NCBI RefSeq assembly: GCF_900187275.1
Contig: NZ_LT906458.1
Coordinates: forward strand, 2,010,001 to 2,042,000
Direction of reading: 5' to 3'
Source of the DNA: Pasteurella multocida
Lineage (GTDB): Bacteria > Pseudomonadota > Gammaproteobacteria > Enterobacterales > Pasteurellaceae
Length of the DNA stretch: 32,000 bases
This document shows positions 29,488-32,000 of this stretch, piece after piece (position 1 is the stretch's first letter; every line of letters starts with the position of its first letter). The position numbers were made by a program, and so were the translations under genes. Below the pieces are notes generated by a model, which worked only from the letters and a program-made list of their open reading frames with translations, was not told the origin of the DNA and made no database searches.

Positions 29488-29564
29488 AAATAATCAAGAT
29501 ATCATAGAAAAAGGTGAAATCGTATTCAATACTTTTATTGAAGGAGTAAAAAGACTCAGAATGA

Positions 29565-29601
29565 AAAATCGATTCTCGCAACCAGGACCAGAATCGATTT
29601 T
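29565..29601 (-). terminator. Terminator downstream of the YajG-like lipoprotein gene
   Basis: Perfect 12-bp inverted repeat AAAATCGATTCT / AGAATCGATTTT with 13-nt loop; T run (TTTTT) on the minus strand. Confidence 0.7.
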
Positions 29602-29619
29602 AGGGAGGAAATAGTGAAT

Positions 29620-30213
29620 TTATGGGGTTGCTAAGGTCGTAATCGCATTCGCCACTTCACGATCCTGATAAATTGATCGCACGACTTCATTAAAGGTTTC
29701 GCCTAACACACGCTGAATTTCTGGGTTTTTCGCGGAAAATGCACCGGAATAAGTGCGACTGGCATTAATATTTTTACTAAAATGTCCTTTTGCACTTTGA
29801 GCATGTACAGTCACTTGTACTTTACTATCTAAGTTATAGCGTAAATTTCCTTGCTCTACATTGGCGTAAAATTGATTCACGTCCACGGTGACAGACACAT
29901 TAGCATTTTGTGCATGACCAATACGGAATCCTTTACTGATTAAATCCTGTTGTTGGACTTGTTGAAATAACTCACTGACACTCGGCATGGCAGACAGTTT
30001 AACTAATCGACCGTCAGCCACATAACTCGATACCTCACTTTGTGGACGGCTATCGCGTACAGTGACAAACACGACCGCACTTTGATTGACTGCCATCGAC
30101 GCAACCGGTGCGGGTGGGGTGAAGGTTAAAGTAGAAGGCTGTGTTTGGCAACCTGCGAATAACAGACTTCCTGCGAGAATCGTAAGAAGAGAAAGAGTGT
30201 GGTGTCGTTTCAT
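29620..30213 (-). CDS. YajG-like lipoprotein
   Basis: MKRHHTLSLLTILAGSLLFAGCQTQP lipobox; VTVRDSRPQSEVSSYV. Track ORF begins at 30432 but signal peptide begins at 30213. Confidence 0.82.
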   Translation of the reverse strand: MKRHHTLSLLTILAGSLLFAGCQTQPSTLTFTPPAPVASMAVNQSAVVFVTVRDSRPQSEVSSYVADGRLVKLSAMPSVSELFQQVQQQDLISKGFRIGHAQNANVSVTVDVNQFYANVEQGNLRYNLDSKVQVTVHAQSAKGHFSKNINASRTYSGAFSAKNPEIQRVLGETFNEVVRSIYQDREVANAITTLATP

Positions 30214-30349
30214 AATGTCCTCATAAAATAAACGGTAGCTGCCCTTTGGGGACAGCAAAGGAGAAAAGTGGATAGATATTATTCTTGCAAAGTTAATGAG
30301 GAATGTATAGCCTTTATACCCTAAATTTATTGAAATGGTGAGGAACAAG

Positions 30350-30661
30350 ATGTCAAAACAACAAGAATTGATTACACGCTTAACGGAAGCATTTGAGCCA
30401 CATTTTTTGGTCGTAGAAAATGAAAGCCACATGCATAGTTCAGGACGCGGCGCAAATTCTCATTTTAAGATTGTGTTAGTCAGTGAACATTTCGATGGGT
30501 TAAGCAAAGTTGCTCGCCACCGTCAACTTTATCAATTTTTGGCAGATGACTTAGCACAAGGTATCCATGCTTTAGCATTACATCTTTATACCAAAGAGGA
30601 ATGGAACCACCGAGAAGAAAGCATGCCGAAATCGACGAATTGTGTCGGGATTGGACACTAA
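30350..30661 (+). CDS. bolA: BolA family protein
   Basis: LTRLTEAF-like LITRLTEAFEPHFLVVENESHMHSSGRGANSHFKIVLVSEHFDGLSKVARHRQLYQFLADDL...IHALALHLYTKEEW. Confidence 0.93.
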   Translation: MSKQQELITRLTEAFEPHFLVVENESHMHSSGRGANSHFKIVLVSEHFDGLSKVARHRQLYQFLADDLAQGIHALALHLYTKEEWNHREESMPKSTNCVGIGH

Positions 30662-30677
30662 TTTCAAGCAATCAAAA

Positions 30678-30710
30678 ACCGCACTTTCAGTATAGATGAA
30701 AAGTGCGGTG
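30678..30710. terminator. Paired inverted uptake signal sequences forming a bidirectional terminator
   Basis: ACCGCACTT (30678..30686) and AAGTGCGGT (30702..30710) with A/T flanks between convergent bolA and the sugar-binding protein gene. Confidence 0.85.
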
Positions 30711-30730
30711 TTTTTGGTAGAACAAGTTAT

Positions 30731-31675
30731 TTAATATTCTTGTGCTTTCTGTTTATCAACGACTACCGGATCAACGTAATAAAAATCAGGCAGTTCCTGT
30801 TTGTTTAATTTTTTCAAAATACTTTCGATAGCCACGGCAACTTGTTTTTTCGGGAGCTGGTCGATGGTATTTTGCATTTTACCTTTTTTCACGTATTCAA
30901 TCGCAAGGGGAATACCGTCGTAACCTGAAACAAGGACTTTTCCTGCTAATCCGGCATTTTCAATCGCGGTGACTGCACCCAGTGCCATATTATCGTTCGC
31001 CGCAAAAATCCCTTTGATATTCGGATGTGCGGTTAAAATATTGGTTGTGACATTAAGTGCTTGTTCTGTTTCCCAGTTTGCAGACTGAGAAGCGACAACT
31101 TTGATATTTGGTGATTCAGAAAATGCTTTGAGCGCACCTGCTTTACGTTGTTCGCCATTATCCACACCAGGAATCCCTTCTAAAATAGCAACATCCCCCA
31201 TTTCGTTTAAGGCTTGTGCTAGATTTTTAGCCGCCAAATAACCACCATGGAAGTTATCGACACCAACGTAATTAAATTTTAACCCAGCTTTCTTCGTTGC
31301 TTTTTCATCTAAACGAACATCGAGATCGATAATCGGAATCCCGGCTTTTTCAGCTTTTTGAAATGCCGGAATAAAGGCGATAGAATCATTTGGGGTAACA
31401 ATGATGCCATCCACTTTTTTGGCAATCATGTTTTCGACTAGACCCACAAGCTGTTCTGTTGAATCTTCCTTTTCTGCAACTTGTACAATTAAATCAATAT
31501 TTACCTCTTTTGCTTTTTCTTCCGCTCCTTGTCGCATTGTAATGAAATATTCATTACTTAATGTTTTCATGAGTAAGGCAATTTGAGGTTTTTCTGCAGC
31601 TAGCGTAGTACCGGATAGGGCGATGAGTAAGGCGCTTGCCGTGATCGTTTTCTTCAAAAATGTTGACATCATCAT
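30731..31675 (-). CDS. Ribose/galactose-type (RbsB-like) periplasmic sugar-binding protein
   Basis: 314 aa; signal peptide, LLMKTLSNEYFITMRQGAEEKAKE, DGIIVTPNDS, GIFAANDNMALGAVTAIENAG, VSGYDG. Confidence 0.93.
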   Translation of the reverse strand: MMMSTFLKKTITASALLIALSGTTLAAEKPQIALLMKTLSNEYFITMRQGAEEKAKEVNIDLIVQVAEKEDSTEQLVGLVENMIAKKVDGIIVTPNDSIAFIPAFQKAEKAGIPIIDLDVRLDEKATKKAGLKFNYVGVDNFHGGYLAAKNLAQALNEMGDVAILEGIPGVDNGEQRKAGALKAFSESPNIKVVASQSANWETEQALNVTTNILTAHPNIKGIFAANDNMALGAVTAIENAGLAGKVLVSGYDGIPLAIEYVKKGKMQNTIDQLPKKQVAVAIESILKKLNKQELPDFYYVDPVVVDKQKAQEY

Positions 31676-31816
31676 CTCTCTCCTCTCAGCGTTAAATAAG
31701 GAAACTTTAGTATAGACAGATTAAAATGATCAAACTGTGATGTCATTCACATTTTTTAGACAGGGTTTAAATTATGCTATGGGTGGGAATACCTGTAAAG
31801 AATGTGGATTGACGTT

Positions 31817-32000
31817 ATGACGCAGAGAGATTGTATTTTAAAGTTAAAAAATATCGGCAAAAGCTTTTTTGATGTACTGGTATTGAAAAACGTGGATCTT
31901 GATATTTATGCGGGTGAGGTTCACTGTTTAGTGGGTGAAAATGGCGCAGGAAAATCTACATTATGTAAAATAATTGCAGGTATTTATCCATTTGAGCAGG
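31817..32000 (+). CDS. Sugar ABC transporter ATP-binding protein (RbsA/MglA-like), truncated by the window end
   Basis: [61 protein letters not shown]; Walker [10 protein letters not shown]. Not in the ORF track because it runs off the edge. Confidence 0.9.
   Translation, partial: MTQRDCILKLKNIGKSFFDVLVLKNVDLDIYAGEVHCLVGENGAGKSTLCKIIAGIYPFEQ

Larger units (their letters stand above)
57..30710. repeat. Dispersed DNA uptake signal sequences (USS, AAGTGCGGT / ACCGCACTT)
   Basis: Exact 9-mers found by eye at 57, 3713, 9199, 9621, 9649(-), 17053, 18471(-), 19846(-), 20963(-), 21755(-), 23386, 25535, 30075(-), 30678(-), 30702. Confidence 0.85.

Noticed and set aside
29561-29614. Tiny ORF MKNRFSQPGPESILGRK overlapping the inverted repeat downstream of the YajG-like gene
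   Set aside because: The inverted repeat with T run explains the sequence as a terminator; start-site spacing is poor.
30214-30432. 73-aa N-terminal extension of the YajG-like protein
   Set aside because: Lipoprotein signal peptide starts at 30213; the extension crosses the divergent bolA start region.
1-32000. CRISPR arrays, retrons, prophage, IS elements or defence genes
   Set aside because: No regularly spaced repeats, reverse transcriptase, transposase, nuclease/helicase defence genes or phage structural genes could be recognised; the repeats seen are USSs, terminators or protein-coding HAF-like repeats.

Overview
This 32 kb window is chromosomal DNA from a Pasteurellaceae member, probably Pasteurella-like. 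The assignment rests on dense exact AAGTGCGGT/ACCGCACTT uptake signal sequences and on the inner-core LPS gene set opsX-kdkA-coaD-waaA-lgtF. Main contents, left to right: a DcuC-family transporter with an AbgA-like M20 amidohydrolase; a 1276-aa autotransporter whose passenger is a tandem duplication of a HAF-like repeat unit (7+7 motifs); a TonB-dependent receptor with an unclassified small membrane protein upstream; an ABC exporter; LPS inner-core genes; a FecBCD-like metal/metallophore ABC importer fused in operon with a SAM methyltransferase; tpiA; a GNAT protein; yggU, yggT, corA; yggL and trmB; a cytochrome b561; mutY-yggX-mltC; tRNA-Phe and tRNA-Asn with a clear promoter and terminator; an LCMT/PCMT-type methyltransferase with a good candidate Fur box; a YajG-like lipoprotein; bolA; and divergent parts of a ribose/galactose-type sugar ABC system. 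I see no CRISPR array, prophage, transposase or recognisable defence island. The observations most worth follow-up are: (1) the double-unit HAF autotransporter with a conserved cysteine pair per unit and a 40-bp imperfect palindrome just upstream of its start; (2) the TonB receptor plus small 2-TM protein behind a Fur-like site; (3) the ABC importer translationally coupled to a methyltransferase; (4) the putatively iron-regulated methyltransferase; (5) a small Cys-rich reading frame interrupted by one in-frame TAA.
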